Translations under genes and position numbers: made by a program
The notes under the pieces: model-generated
What the model saw: the letters and a program-made list of their open reading frames with translations, nothing else
Told to the model about the DNA's origin: nothing
Database searches by the model: none
Source: a virus
Lineage: Duplodnaviria > Caudoviricetes
IMG/VR virus record: IMGVR_UViG_3300027419_000046
Span: 1 to 46,593 of that record
Direction: 5' to 3' (one strand)
DNA length: 46,593 nucleotides
In this document: in pieces, positions 17,319 to 25,818 of the stretch
How the letters are laid out: every line of letters begins with the position of its first letter
How positions within the stretch are numbered: position 1 is the stretch's first letter

Positions 17319-17629
17319 GTCATCCCCTCAATTTCCTTAATCTTCCGGACATGTTCATCAAATAGGTTCTTATCCGTATAATTCCGAACTTCGATTTTCC
17401 AGTCCGAGTCTCCTTTAAGGACCATGACCTTCTCTTCAACATCGATCCAGACGGTGTCTGCGATACCTGGTTTGGGATCCTTAGTAACGATTTCCTCGTA
17501 ACAATCCTGCATTTTGAACTCCACTTTTTCAGGATTGTACTTTCCCAGGTGGGCTGTATAACCCTCGTATTCTTGAGGTTCACCTGAGCAAAGGATCATA
17601 AAAATAGAATAGGCCTGGGACACTATCAT
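17315..17629 (-). CDS. Hypothetical protein
   Basis: ATGA-coupled. Confidence 0.55.
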   Translation of the reverse strand: MIVSQAYSIFMILCSGEPQEYEGYTAHLGKYNPEKVEFKMQDCYEEIVTKDPKPGIADTVWIDVEEKVMVLKGDSDWKIEVRNYTDKNLFDEHVRKIKEIEGMT

Positions 17630-17841
17630 AATCCCAGGCCCTCTTCATCCAGTTTCGCAATATAAAGCATGCTGGTAAGGATCTTTTCAACCTCTTCAAT
17701 CTGAGAAGGTCTGAGAGTTGTTTCAAATTTTAACCTGTGAGATAAGTCCTCGGGTAAACTACTACAACCGACATTAACACTTTCCTCGACCCTTAAAGCC
17801 GGAACCGGCTTATTTATGGCCTCTTCAATAATCAAATTCAT
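17626..17841 (-). CDS. Hypothetical protein
   Basis: Coupled in operon. Confidence 0.5.
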   Translation of the reverse strand: MNLIIEEAINKPVPALRVEESVNVGCSSLPEDLSHRLKFETTLRPSQIEEVEKILTSMLYIAKLDEEGLGL

Positions 17842-18269
17842 TACATTACCCCCTTAACGGCTCTTCGATGTGCTAAAGTAGAATCACAGCCATATTCTCT
17901 TTGAAGAAAGTTATCCCATTCTTTATGTTTCTCTTCTTGCTCTTTGCTTGGTCTACTTAAAGGAATTTCAATAACAAGAGAGGTTCCTTTTGGAATAATT
18001 TGACATTGGATGGTTATTGCACCGAGTTTTCTTTCAATTTCACCAAGCTGCGTATTAGTAAAACTGAAATCTCCTAGATCATTTGATAATGTAATAAGCA
18101 ACTTAGAATTTTTGAATGCAATATTAATCTCGTCTAAGCCACTATCGCTAGTTTGAACACTTTTTACTGCATAGTAAATGTCCTGAACTAGGTCCTGTTT
18201 TTTTACTTGAATGGCATGAATTTCTTTCATTAATTCATTAGCTGCATCATAATAAGGTCCGATAGTCAT
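17841..18269 (-). CDS. Hypothetical protein
   Basis: Coupled in operon. Confidence 0.55.
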   Translation of the reverse strand: MTIGPYYDAANELMKEIHAIQVKKQDLVQDIYYAVKSVQTSDSGLDEINIAFKNSKLLITLSNDLGDFSFTNTQLGEIERKLGAITIQCQIIPKGTSLVIEIPLSRPSKEQEEKHKEWDNFLQREYGCDSTLAHRRAVKGVM

Positions 18270-18664
18270 TCCATCGCCCCCGCATTGTAACCATCACCAT
18301 CTACCAACGTACCACAATCAGGCCCGCTGCAAATCTTAGCTTCCCTCTGAGCTTTCCTGGATGCTGCATAAGCACTGAAAGCCTCGGCCTCTGCATCACT
18401 CATGGCCAGCTCATCACTGTATAATTCCTGCTTCTCTACACGAATTTTCACGATGAAAATAACGCCACGGTCCCTGAAATAAACCATGTCGCCATCACCC
18501 AGCTTGGCACCATCCCAGGATAATCTTTTCATATCCACATCCTCAGACCATCCGGACAAGACCCCGTTTTGGGTCCTGACAGATGCGATTTCCATCAACG
18601 GGTACTGGATTAACTGGTCCATGATTATTTTCATTGAATCCTGGTTTCCGATGTATTCTCTCAT
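18266..18664 (-). CDS. Hypothetical protein
   Basis: Coupled in operon. Confidence 0.55.
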   Translation of the reverse strand: MREYIGNQDSMKIIMDQLIQYPLMEIASVRTQNGVLSGWSEDVDMKRLSWDGAKLGDGDMVYFRDRGVIFIVKIRVEKQELYSDELAMSDAEAEAFSAYAASRKAQREAKICSGPDCGTLVDGDGYNAGAME

Positions 18665-19024
18665 TTAAGCCACCTTCCGCAAGCTGAAAGTCTTCCGAGG
18701 AGTCTTAATTACATCAATAGGCTTGTCTGCCAGGACTTCGTATTTGAAATAATTAAAAAAGTCTTCAGCCACAGGTGCCCTGGTCCGGGACCCGTAACGG
18801 ATTTCTAAAACCGGGTCCCTGCTGACAATGATGTAAGTGTAAATATCTTTCTTCAGATCCAGGTCATAGTCCAGGTACCAATCATAATTAATAGCCCCTT
18901 TAGGGTTATTGTCAAGCTCTTCAACCAGTTCCAGGGCCTTTTCTTCCCTTATCACCTGTCTTTTGCTCCTGATTTCCTGGCCTAATACTCTGGCCTGGGC
19001 TTTTAAAACAGCTAGTTCTGCCAT
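18665..19024 (-). CDS. Hypothetical protein
   Basis: Coupled in operon. Confidence 0.55.
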   Translation of the reverse strand: MAELAVLKAQARVLGQEIRSKRQVIREEKALELVEELDNNPKGAINYDWYLDYDLDLKKDIYTYIIVSRDPVLEIRYGSRTRAPVAEDFFNYFKYEVLADKPIDVIKTPRKTFSLRKVA

Positions 19025-19141
19025 TTAGAACACCCGGCCCCAATAATCGTATTCATCTGGCGCTAAAATGGCCGTACATTCTCCACAACCAGTACAGGTA
19101 TCTTCTCGGTAGATTTCACAAGTTCTAGTTTTTCCGTTCAT
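19025..19141 (-). CDS. Mini-protein (38 aa) with C-x7-CxxCxxC motif
   Basis: Read manually: MNGKTRTCEIYREDTCTGCGECTAILAPDEYDYWGRVF; first ORF after the promoter. Confidence 0.6.
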   Translation of the reverse strand: MNGKTRTCEIYREDTCTGCGECTAILAPDEYDYWGRVF

Positions 19142-19222
19142 AATTTTTCACAACCGTTTATGATAAGAATCTGCAGGAAGAGTTCCAGGCATGGCAGGCC
19201 TGTGTGGTTTCTTCCCACAACT

Positions 19223-19257
19223 ATACTTTGTTACTTGTAGTATATATACTTTACTTT
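19223..19257 (-). promoter_or_regulatory. Archaeal promoter/operator, copy A
   Basis: Minus strand AAAGTAAAG-TATATATA-CTACAAGTAACAAAGTAT; 32/35 identical to 20818-20852. Confidence 0.7.
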
Positions 19258-19274
19258 GATACTTGTATACTTTG

Positions 19275-19311
<37 letters not shown>

Positions 19312-19363
19312 GATAATAAATAATATAATAATAAGTAAAAAAAGATACGAGACGATCTGACAA

Positions 19364-19399
19364 AACGTATATTCGATATATAACGTATATAACGTATAT
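19364..19399. repeat. Four tandem 9-bp repeats (AACGTATAT x3, TCGATATAT x1), iteron-like
   Basis: Directly visible next to the AT-rich tract. Confidence 0.8.
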
Positions 19400-19437
19400 A
19401 CGGAAAAAAGAAGGAAGGCGCATGAAAATTTGAAGAT

Positions 19438-19914
19438 TTAGAAAATTTCTTCAAAACTCCCACCCTGTTTAGTTTTCAAGTGGTGTTTTACTATTTTGTC
19501 TTTAGCTTCTTCAGGCATCATGGCCTTTACCTGAGCCAAACCAACTTCTCTAAAATCAGCCAAATCTTGAAGGCGATCCAATCCAATATTTCCCTCATTA
19601 TTAATAATTTTCAAAGCAGTCGCAACAACAGCATCTACTTCATTATCAATTTCCTGATCAATTTCAGCTGCATTTTCTTGAATTTTAGTCTCAATGTCAT
19701 ATTCTTTCATTAAAGCATTCTTTTTAGATTCTAACTCTTCAATTTCCATCCTAATAATTTCAGCCCGATCTTTAGCATGGATCCGCCTTCTAAGATAATC
19801 TTCATAATCAGCCGTCCTATCTGGAATAATAGTTTTAGATTTTCTAAAAAGTTCGGCGTCTATTTTCATATAAACACCGACGCCGTTTTTTGCACGGCGC
19901 CCCATTATGCACAC
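19438..19914 (-). CDS. RHH-like plus coiled-coil protein (regulator or initiator candidate)
   Basis: [17 protein letters not shown] strand-helix pattern, heptad segment; abuts the repeat region. Confidence 0.5.
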   Translation of the reverse strand: MCIMGRRAKNGVGVYMKIDAELFRKSKTIIPDRTADYEDYLRRRIHAKDRAEIIRMEIEELESKKNALMKEYDIETKIQENAAEIDQEIDNEVDAVVATALKIINNEGNIGLDRLQDLADFREVGLAQVKAMMPEEAKDKIVKHHLKTKQGGSFEEIF

Positions 19915-20789
19915 CTCAAATAACCTTCTTGCGGTTCATAAACCACACCTTTGCGTTTCAATTGCCTAATTAAATCTTCTATTTGTTTAACAGACATGTG
20001 ATAAGAATCCCTCATTGCAGTTATAACTAGATTAGCGGGGGCCCTACCACCATATTCTTCTTCTAATTCTTTTATAATTGTTTGAACTACCCGTATTTTA
20101 TCCCTATCAGACATAGGAGTTCTTTTACCATCTTCACTAAAACTAGCATTTGATAAATATTCATTAGAATAAAAATCTTTTGTATCTTTTAATATCAATT
20201 CATGGGCATTAATTTCTTCAGAATTGATTATTAAACGAATAACATCTTTTTTGGGTTTAAAAATTAATTGAGAATCAAATAAATCATTTATTAATATCCT
20301 TGTTTTTTGTTCAGGAATTTTATGTTCCATTGCCATTCTTGTTATAATAAGGGGTAATTCTACGCCCCATAATTCTTCAAAAGAATTATAATTCCCTTCA
20401 ATAACTTCCATAAATTTTAAAAATCCGATTACCTTTTCATGGTCATGATTCAAATATAACTCCTTTTCCGTAATGGTAGAATCAATAACAGGTAATTTTT
20501 CTAAGATATTTTTTTCACTAATACAGTAACAATTTAATTTAAATGAATCTACAAACGATTTTAAACCACCTTCATATCTAAACCATTCCCCACATTCCCT
20601 ATATTCATTAAAAATTTCATGGAGTATTTTTTCTAGATTTTCAGTTCCAGGAATTGTATATATTATTTTTAATTTAACCGGGCTGGCTGTCTGCAAATCC
20701 CTTAAACGTTGTTTTGGGTTATTTGCTATTCCTATTTTAATAAATTCTCCACTTGAAATAAAATAAATTTGTTTTAAATTATCTCCCAT
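19905..20789 (-). CDS. GIY-YIG (T5orf172/MUG113-like) nuclease fused to winged-helix domain(s), the last MCM-like
   Basis: IYFI...[21 protein letters not shown]...EK.LH..F...R..GEWF; C-terminal DRDK...YGGRAP...[15 protein letters not shown]. Confidence 0.8.
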   Translation of the reverse strand: MGDNLKQIYFISSGEFIKIGIANNPKQRLRDLQTASPVKLKIIYTIPGTENLEKILHEIFNEYRECGEWFRYEGGLKSFVDSFKLNCYCISEKNILEKLPVIDSTITEKELYLNHDHEKVIGFLKFMEVIEGNYNSFEELWGVELPLIITRMAMEHKIPEQKTRILINDLFDSQLIFKPKKDVIRLIINSEEINAHELILKDTKDFYSNEYLSNASFSEDGKRTPMSDRDKIRVVQTIIKELEEEYGGRAPANLVITAMRDSYHMSVKQIEDLIRQLKRKGVVYEPQEGYLRCA

Positions 20790-21333
20790 GAAATCCCTCC
20801 GATACTTTAATTAAAGGATACTTTGATACTTGTATTATATATAATTTACTTTTATTAAAGTAACAAAGTATATAAGTAAAAAGAGAATAATATATAATCA
20901 AGGAAAACATATAAAGAGGTGATAAAGTGATAGAGTCCGAAAGTAAACCTATAATTGGAGCAACCAATATGCCTAAAAAACCAAAGATGATCAATACAAG
21001 CGTACAGATCCCGGAAGAAAAATACACACTATTGGAAAAAATCAAAAAAGAAACTGGCACTCCAATTTCTAAACAACTCTTAGAAGGAGTGGATTTGTTA
21101 ATCATTGAAAAAGAAGAACTTTTAAACAAATCTGCAGAAAAGGCTACTATCGAAGCCGATGAGATGAAATCTACTATCGCATCAATTAAATCTAGTAGAC
21201 AATAACCCTCACCCTTTTTACACTTATACTCGTTTTCACAACCATTACGGCCCTGTCCATCTGGCATGGATAGGGCCACATTCTCACATAGGACCTGGAC
21301 TCCAGGTACTGATAACATTTTCAGCACCTGCAC
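20779..21333 (-). CDS. Possible small Cys-rich protein whose frame runs antisense through the RHH gene
   Basis: N-terminal ~50 aa has an SD (CAGGTG) and four Cys; the remainder looks like antisense shadow. Confidence 0.3.
   Translation of the reverse strand: MQVLKMLSVPGVQVLCENVALSMPDGQGRNGCENEYKCKKGEGYCLLDLIDAIVDFISSASIVAFSADLFKSSSFSMINKSTPSKSCLEIGVPVSFLIFSNSVYFSSGICTLVLIIFGFLGILVAPIIGLLSDSITLSPLYMFSLIIYYSLFTYILCYFNKSKLYIIQVSKYPLIKVSEGFHGR
20818..20852 (-). promoter_or_regulatory. Archaeal promoter/operator, copy B
   Basis: Minus strand AAAGTAAAT-TATATATA-ATACAAGTATCAAAGTAT; divergent from the RHH gene. Confidence 0.7.
20927..21205 (+). CDS. Ribbon-helix-helix transcriptional regulator (repressor candidate)
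   Basis: [38 protein letters not shown]; GAGGTGA SD; divergent orientation. Confidence 0.8.
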   Translation: MIESESKPIIGATNMPKKPKMINTSVQIPEEKYTLLEKIKKETGTPISKQLLEGVDLLIIEKEELLNKSAEKATIEADEMKSTIASIKSSRQ

Positions 21334-21501
21334 TTAGATTTTATAAAGTTCTAATAATTTTTCACGCCTCTGAATATTTTCCTCTTTTTCAGGAATTGTT
21401 TCCAAATATGGATATTCAGCGATTAGGCGGTGTAATTCATCAGGAATACTTTCAGAATCAATAATTATATAAGGCAAACTACTCTTATCTTTTACTTGCA
21501 T
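21334..21501 (-). CDS. Small hypothetical protein (55 aa, MQVKDKSSLPYIII...)
   Basis: Read manually; GGAGATGA SD. Confidence 0.55.
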   Translation of the reverse strand: MQVKDKSSLPYIIIDSESIPDELHRLIAEYPYLETIPEKEENIQRREKLLELYKI

Positions 21502-21756
21502 CTATCTCATCTCCAGGTTAAAGCGGTTAATGAGATGGCTCTGCCAGGATGGGTACTTGAATCGGGAAACTCTTTGGTCGGATGATCCCGGTTCAGTATT
21601 TCACCCTGAACAGATCCGATCCAAATAGACGATTTATTTTTCAACTATATAAATTAATACTATAAAGAGTGCAATGGATAAGTATTCTAACACATTTAAG
21701 CCTTTTTTATTATGAATAGGGCCTTGTATAGTCTTTTTTCATCAGATAATAATAAC

Positions 21757-21787
21757 TTAAATGTTGCTCTTAACGAGCAATATTTAA
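21757..21787. promoter_or_regulatory. Palindromic operator-like site TTAAATGTTGCTC-N5-GAGCAATATTTAA
   Basis: 13-bp arms with one mismatch, upstream of the second RHH gene. Confidence 0.5.
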
Positions 21788-21851
21788 ACATTAAACATCA
21801 AAAATATTCTACGGTGGAACAAATGACGACAACATTTAAGGAGTTGGCACC

Positions 21852-22190
21852 ATCACAGAAAAAAAGACGATTAAAGTAACAGTTAATAAAAATCTATATG
21901 ATGAATTCATGCAGACCGCTTTAAGAATGGAAGGATATAAGAAAGGCAGACGACGTATAAGTGCAGAAAAAGCGATGAGATTATACATAAACTATTCTAA
22001 AGCATTCAAAGACAAAAGACTTTTTGAAGTAGCACGAGAAAACAATCTTGAAGTCTGGGAAGTGGGAGAACTATTGATTGAAAGGTTTATGATGGTCCAC
22101 ACAGAACTAGGGCTGGATCTAAATTATATTACAAATGATGAACATTTTAAAATGGTAGTGCGTTATTTAAAAACTTATAAACCAGATTAA
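21852..22190 (+). CDS. Second RHH-like regulator, probable ATC start at 21852
   Basis: In-frame extension ITEKKTIKVTVNKNLYDEF before the ATG at 21909 supplies the RHH beta-strand; AAGGAG SD; in-frame TAA at 21837. Confidence 0.6.
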   Translation: MTEKKTIKVTVNKNLYDEFMQTALRMEGYKKGRRRISAEKAMRLYINYSKAFKDKRLFEVARENNLEVWEVGELLIERFMMVHTELGLDLNYITNDEHFKMVVRYLKTYKPD

Positions 22191-23440
22191 CTGCCTTTAT
22201 TTGCTTTCTCTTCCTCTAATTTTTCCTTATCCTTCTTTGTGATCTCCCACATTTTATATTTCTCTTCTAATCTATCCATCCGGGCCCGGTCCGCATCCCG
22301 TTCTTTTTTATGCCGTTCTTCCTGTTCCTGTCTTAAACGTTCCGATTCTTCTTTATCCTTAATCCTTTGAGCTTCAACTTCTTTTATCTTTTCATCCGTA
22401 TATTGATGAACTTCTAATCGTTTTAAGACCGTAACCATTCCCATATTTTTATAATATTTTCCGTAGAGCTCCTTAATCTCAGGTAATAAATATACTCCAC
22501 GGGTGGAGTCTAGGTCTCCATGGCCTAATAACCGGTCTGAATCTTCATAACCAAAGTCAGTCTTCTTCAATTGATTACCAAACCAACGGCGGATATGGTG
22601 GCTTCTGAAATATGCGTATCCGTCCTTCCCTTTTCCAAAGTTACAATCATTATTTATCTTCTTAAAAATATCATTGAAGGTTCCATTTGTGAGTTTTCTC
22701 CCTTCATCAGTTCTGAAAATATAAGTTTCCGGATCCACGTTGGGTGGGCTGTAGTTGAAGTAGTCTAATACTGCATGGAAGCTTTCAGGAGTTGAAAAGG
22801 TAACATAGTGACCCCCCGTTTTCATCCGGTTAGTCACCCAAATAAGAGGACCTATCTTTTTCACCCAATCCGGCCGGTCTTCCCATATATCGGGCAAGTC
22901 TTTCACAGTGATTTTGTTATACTTCTCTACGGCCTTCACCAGGTCCTGGAGGGTTAAATTCCTGATTTCCTTCCGGGCCATACCGGAACTGGCAATCTGT
23001 AATATAATTGCCTTATTTCGTACTCCAGTGTTACTAATCGCAAGTTCAATATCATCCCTGTCTGGCAGGTCTTCAACTGTGATGAATTTTTTATCCTTCA
23101 CTTTCACTGTGATTGGTTCCGGGACCCAGAACCTGTGAGATTTATAAAAACTGCGGATGGTACCCATGGCAGATCTGCGGGTGTTGTTACTGTACTTTTT
23201 TGTGAGATGTTTCTGGAAATCATCTATATGTTCGCAGATTCTTCTTCTTCTTTCCCTGACTCCGTTTTCCTCGTCTTCTTCGGCCTCATCATAGGCCATG
23301 GAGGGTGTTAAGCCCGTGCATTCATAGTAATGTAAGAATCTGTAAACGACTAATTCTATTGATTTGGGATTTAATTGACGTTGTTTAACGTATTTAATCA
23401 GTCGTGGGTCTTTTTCTATTAATTTCTTGTCGGGATTCAC
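22187..23440 (-). CDS. int: Tyrosine recombinase/integrase
   Basis: RNKAIILQIASSGMA..EI..L, R.KT, HHIRRWF (HxxR), LLGH, downstream Tyr; N-terminal SAM-like domain. Confidence 0.92.
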   Translation of the reverse strand: MNPDKKLIEKDPRLIKYVKQRQLNPKSIELVVYRFLHYYECTGLTPSMAYDEAEEDEENGVRERRRRICEHIDDFQKHLTKKYSNNTRRSAMGTIRSFYKSHRFWVPEPITVKVKDKKFITVEDLPDRDDIELAISNTGVRNKAIILQIASSGMARKEIRNLTLQDLVKAVEKYNKITVKDLPDIWEDRPDWVKKIGPLIWVTNRMKTGGHYVTFSTPESFHAVLDYFNYSPPNVDPETYIFRTDEGRKLTNGTFNDIFKKINNDCNFGKGKDGYAYFRSHHIRRWFGNQLKKTDFGYEDSDRLLGHGDLDSTRGVYLLPEIKELYGKYYKNMGMVTVLKRLEVHQYTDEKIKEVEAQRIKDKEESERLRQEQEERHKKERDADRARMDRLEEKYKMWEITKKDKEKLEEEKANKGS

Positions 23441-23613
23441 AATATTAAAATAAGAATTTAATCTATAATAATTTATCTTAGGGTGTGAAAACTATGAAAA
23501 AAAGTAACGTGATGGGTATGGTATGCAGTATATTAATACTCCTGGTGTAAGGGGTGTTTACCATACCGTTGTGATATATAATGGATGTTTATTCGATGTA
23601 TCGAACAGGGATT

Positions 23614-23646
23614 AAAAAAGACCCCTAATACAAAAGTATTAGGGGT
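23614..23646 (-). terminator. Hairpin plus T-tract terminator
   Basis: ACCCCTAATAC-aaaa-GTATTAGGGGT (11-bp perfect stem) followed by T6 on the minus strand. Confidence 0.6.
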
Positions 23647-23817
23647 ATGGAATTACCACCTCCAAACGGTAAAAATGAATCTATAAGTTTAAATTGTTTT
23701 TTGTCTATATTCTGCTGTTAACGTTGCTCTCATTGTACTACAACTGGTTTACACTCTAATGAGGTTTACACAGCACGGCCCGGGGGCACTGTCAGTCCAT
23801 AACACCTCCGAACAAAG

Positions 23818-23851
23818 AAGGGATTAAAAGAAGTTAATCCTTTAATCCCTT
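23818..23851. terminator. 11-bp inverted repeat downstream of the endolysin
   Basis: AAGGGATTAAA ... TTTAATCCCTT. Confidence 0.45.
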
Positions 23852-23876
23852 AAATATATTGGTTTAAATACTGTTT

Positions 23877-24599
23877 TCATGGCTTATAAAACACCATCAC
23901 TGATTTTTGATTGCTCACTGCATTAATCGCACTGGTTATCTGGCTATAAGTGAACTCTTTAATTCCTTTGGTGGGGTCGGCTACTCTTACCCTTTGTGTG
24001 GTTTGATTAACACCGACTAAGAATATATAATGTCCATAGTCATTACTCCATACACTGTTGCCATTGGCATCTGTTTTAAGGTTCCCGGTTCGTATATGTA
24101 AGATTATTTCACAGTTATTCTTTAGTTTAGTGATGATTCCAGGGAAACCAATATCACTGAGATAGTATTCAGCTATATCCAGGTTCGGAACTAACTTTCT
24201 CATGGCACTATATAACTGTTCATGGCTGGTTCCGGATGAGGTGGTACCTGCTAATGATGCAATTTGGCTTTCATTAAATGATAGTCCCATAGCACTGAAT
24301 ACCATTTGAGCACTTGAAGGACCGCAGGTATAGCCAGTATCTTGGAAATCTTGACTATATAACCCGGTTAGTGTCCATCCACTGGTGTCTGTTGGTAGTG
24401 TTATAGTAGTATCATATATCCAAACTTTAGGGGGGTTTGCACCTTTATCTTGTCGGTATTTTCTAACCCTATTCCGGGCATCAATCAAGTTCGCTTTGGT
24501 AGGGTTAGCAGTACCTATTAACCCTTTAGCAGGGCAATCGTCTATCCATCTCTCTAATAAATCGACATACTCATCATAACTTGCATTATAGTCGCTCAT
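23877..24599 (-). CDS. Endolysin: C39-family peptidase (PeiR-like pseudomurein endopeptidase) with N-terminal binding domain
   Basis: Q...YTCGPSS.QM (Cys), GTT..GT, GHY (His), V.VADP (Asp); last gene of the late operon. Confidence 0.85.
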   Translation of the reverse strand: MSDYNASYDEYVDLLERWIDDCPAKGLIGTANPTKANLIDARNRVRKYRQDKGANPPKVWIYDTTITLPTDTSGWTLTGLYSQDFQDTGYTCGPSSAQMVFSAMGLSFNESQIASLAGTTSSGTSHEQLYSAMRKLVPNLDIAEYYLSDIGFPGIITKLKNNCEIILHIRTGNLKTDANGNSVWSNDYGHYIFLVGVNQTTQRVRVADPTKGIKEFTYSQITSAINAVSNQKSVMVFYKP

Positions 24600-24652
24600 A
24601 ATTTAACACCCTCTGCGGTATTGCAAATATCCTTAATCTTGAATTTGGCCAT
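24596..24652 (-). pseudogene. Mini-ORF MAKFKIKDICNTAEGVKL (pseudomurein-binding-repeat-like stub)
   Basis: Own SD (GGAGGCATAAT); stop overlaps the endolysin ATG (ATGA). Confidence 0.45.
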
Positions 24653-24654
24653 AA

Positions 24655-24699
24655 TTATGCCTCCACGTACTCATTGTAGGTTGCGTTGTAATCGGTCAT
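24655..24699 (-). pseudogene. Mini-ORF MTDYNATYNEYVEA, homologous to the endolysin N-terminus MSDYNASYDEYVDL
   Basis: 9/14 identical residues; own SD (GAGGCATAAT). Confidence 0.7.
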
Positions 24700-24735
24700 G
24701 ATTATGCCTCTTTGTATGTTAATAATTATCAACCA

Positions 24736-25818
24736 TTAGGGTAAAATGGTCTTGAAAAACAAATTAGCGAGATCAAAATGACCCAAATCATTCAAATGAA
24801 CCCCGTCACCATTCATCCGCTCCGTATAAATAGCCGAATCCATATAACGCTCATCTAAATCAATCAAAGCACAATCATTCTCATCAGCTAAGTCATATAA
24901 TTCCCCTTTGAAAAAAGACCAAGGTATTGTAGAAGTGAGGGGTGCTGGATTTCTTCTAGGTTCAACAACTAACAAACAGTCTCCAAATTTCTTAATTTCC
25001 GTTATTAAACTTTGTAAACTGGATTTAAACGAATCAACTAGGGTCGGATCAACATTCTGAGAACCATAATCATTTGTTCCTAACATGATGACAGATAGAT
25101 CTGGGGTGAAAGGATCAACACAACAGTAACAAAGGTCTTCAAGAGAAGAGTATCTGAATTTATAGGCTGCCGCCCCTGCTTTTGCTACCCTGTTTACTAT
25201 GATGCCCCATGTTGTGGGTTTTATTTCTTGGAATCCTTGGAATAACATTTGCTGTGCTTCTGAGCCGGTGTATTTAATTATACAAACATGGTCTCCGTTT
25301 TCCAATCCCGTGATTGAAGTATTTGCAGATCGGAGTGTAGTGCCACCCATGTCATGTGTTTCTTCTTCTCCCCCATCTATACTGGTTGTAAATGTTCCGT
25401 TTCCGTCTCCTTGGCGGTAGAATAGTTTTATTCCAGTTCCGGTGAAGGGTATTGTTGCCGTTGCATTGGGGGTTGTGGTTTTCCATTCCCCTAACATCCC
25501 GGTGGGGGTGTTTACGTTTTTCTCACTCCAACCTTCACTATATGTGATCCAGTATGTAGGGGAACTCCAAAACCAAGGAGGTATGAATCCTGAACCTGTG
25601 TCTGCGTATTTATTTCTTAATTTATCCCGCAACACACCAGTCCATCCCCTTGTGTCATACCCTCTAACGGTTTGGAGATTGATTCCGGTTCCAACGTTCA
25701 TACTATTCCCTATGAGATTCAAATATAGTAGAGTGTCTTGGTCTGTTTCCATCGCTGTGACTTTATCATGCCAACCACTTATCCCTTCAAGGTTATACAC
25801 ATTTCTAGGTGGGTTCAT
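24736..25818 (-). CDS. SGNH/GDSL hydrolase-family protein (probably tail-associated esterase)
   Basis: IGNS (block I), LGTND (block III), DGVH (block V); inserted beta-sandwich. Confidence 0.85.
   Translation of the reverse strand: MNPPRNVYNLEGISGWHDKVTAMETDQDTLLYLNLIGNSMNVGTGINLQTVRGYDTRGWTGVLRDKLRNKYADTGSGFIPPWFWSSPTYWITYSEGWSEKNVNTPTGMLGEWKTTTPNATATIPFTGTGIKLFYRQGDGNGTFTTSIDGGEEETHDMGGTTLRSANTSITGLENGDHVCIIKYTGSEAQQMLFQGFQEIKPTTWGIIVNRVAKAGAAAYKFRYSSLEDLCYCCVDPFTPDLSVIMLGTNDYGSQNVDPTLVDSFKSSLQSLITEIKKFGDCLLVVEPRRNPAPLTSTIPWSFFKGELYDLADENDCALIDLDERYMDSAIYTERMNGDGVHLNDLGHFDLANLFFKTILP

Noticed and set aside
21823-21879. ATG-led 18-aa ORF frameshifting at A7 into the RHH gene
   Set aside because: No proper X XXY YYZ heptamer in the zero frame; SD plus ATC at 21852 explains the gene more simply, though a frameshift is not fully excluded.
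23756-23800. UGA followed by a hairpin as selenocysteine recoding
   Set aside because: Readthrough gives only a 14-aa peptide; Methanobacteriales are not known to use Sec, and archaeal SECIS elements lie in UTRs.
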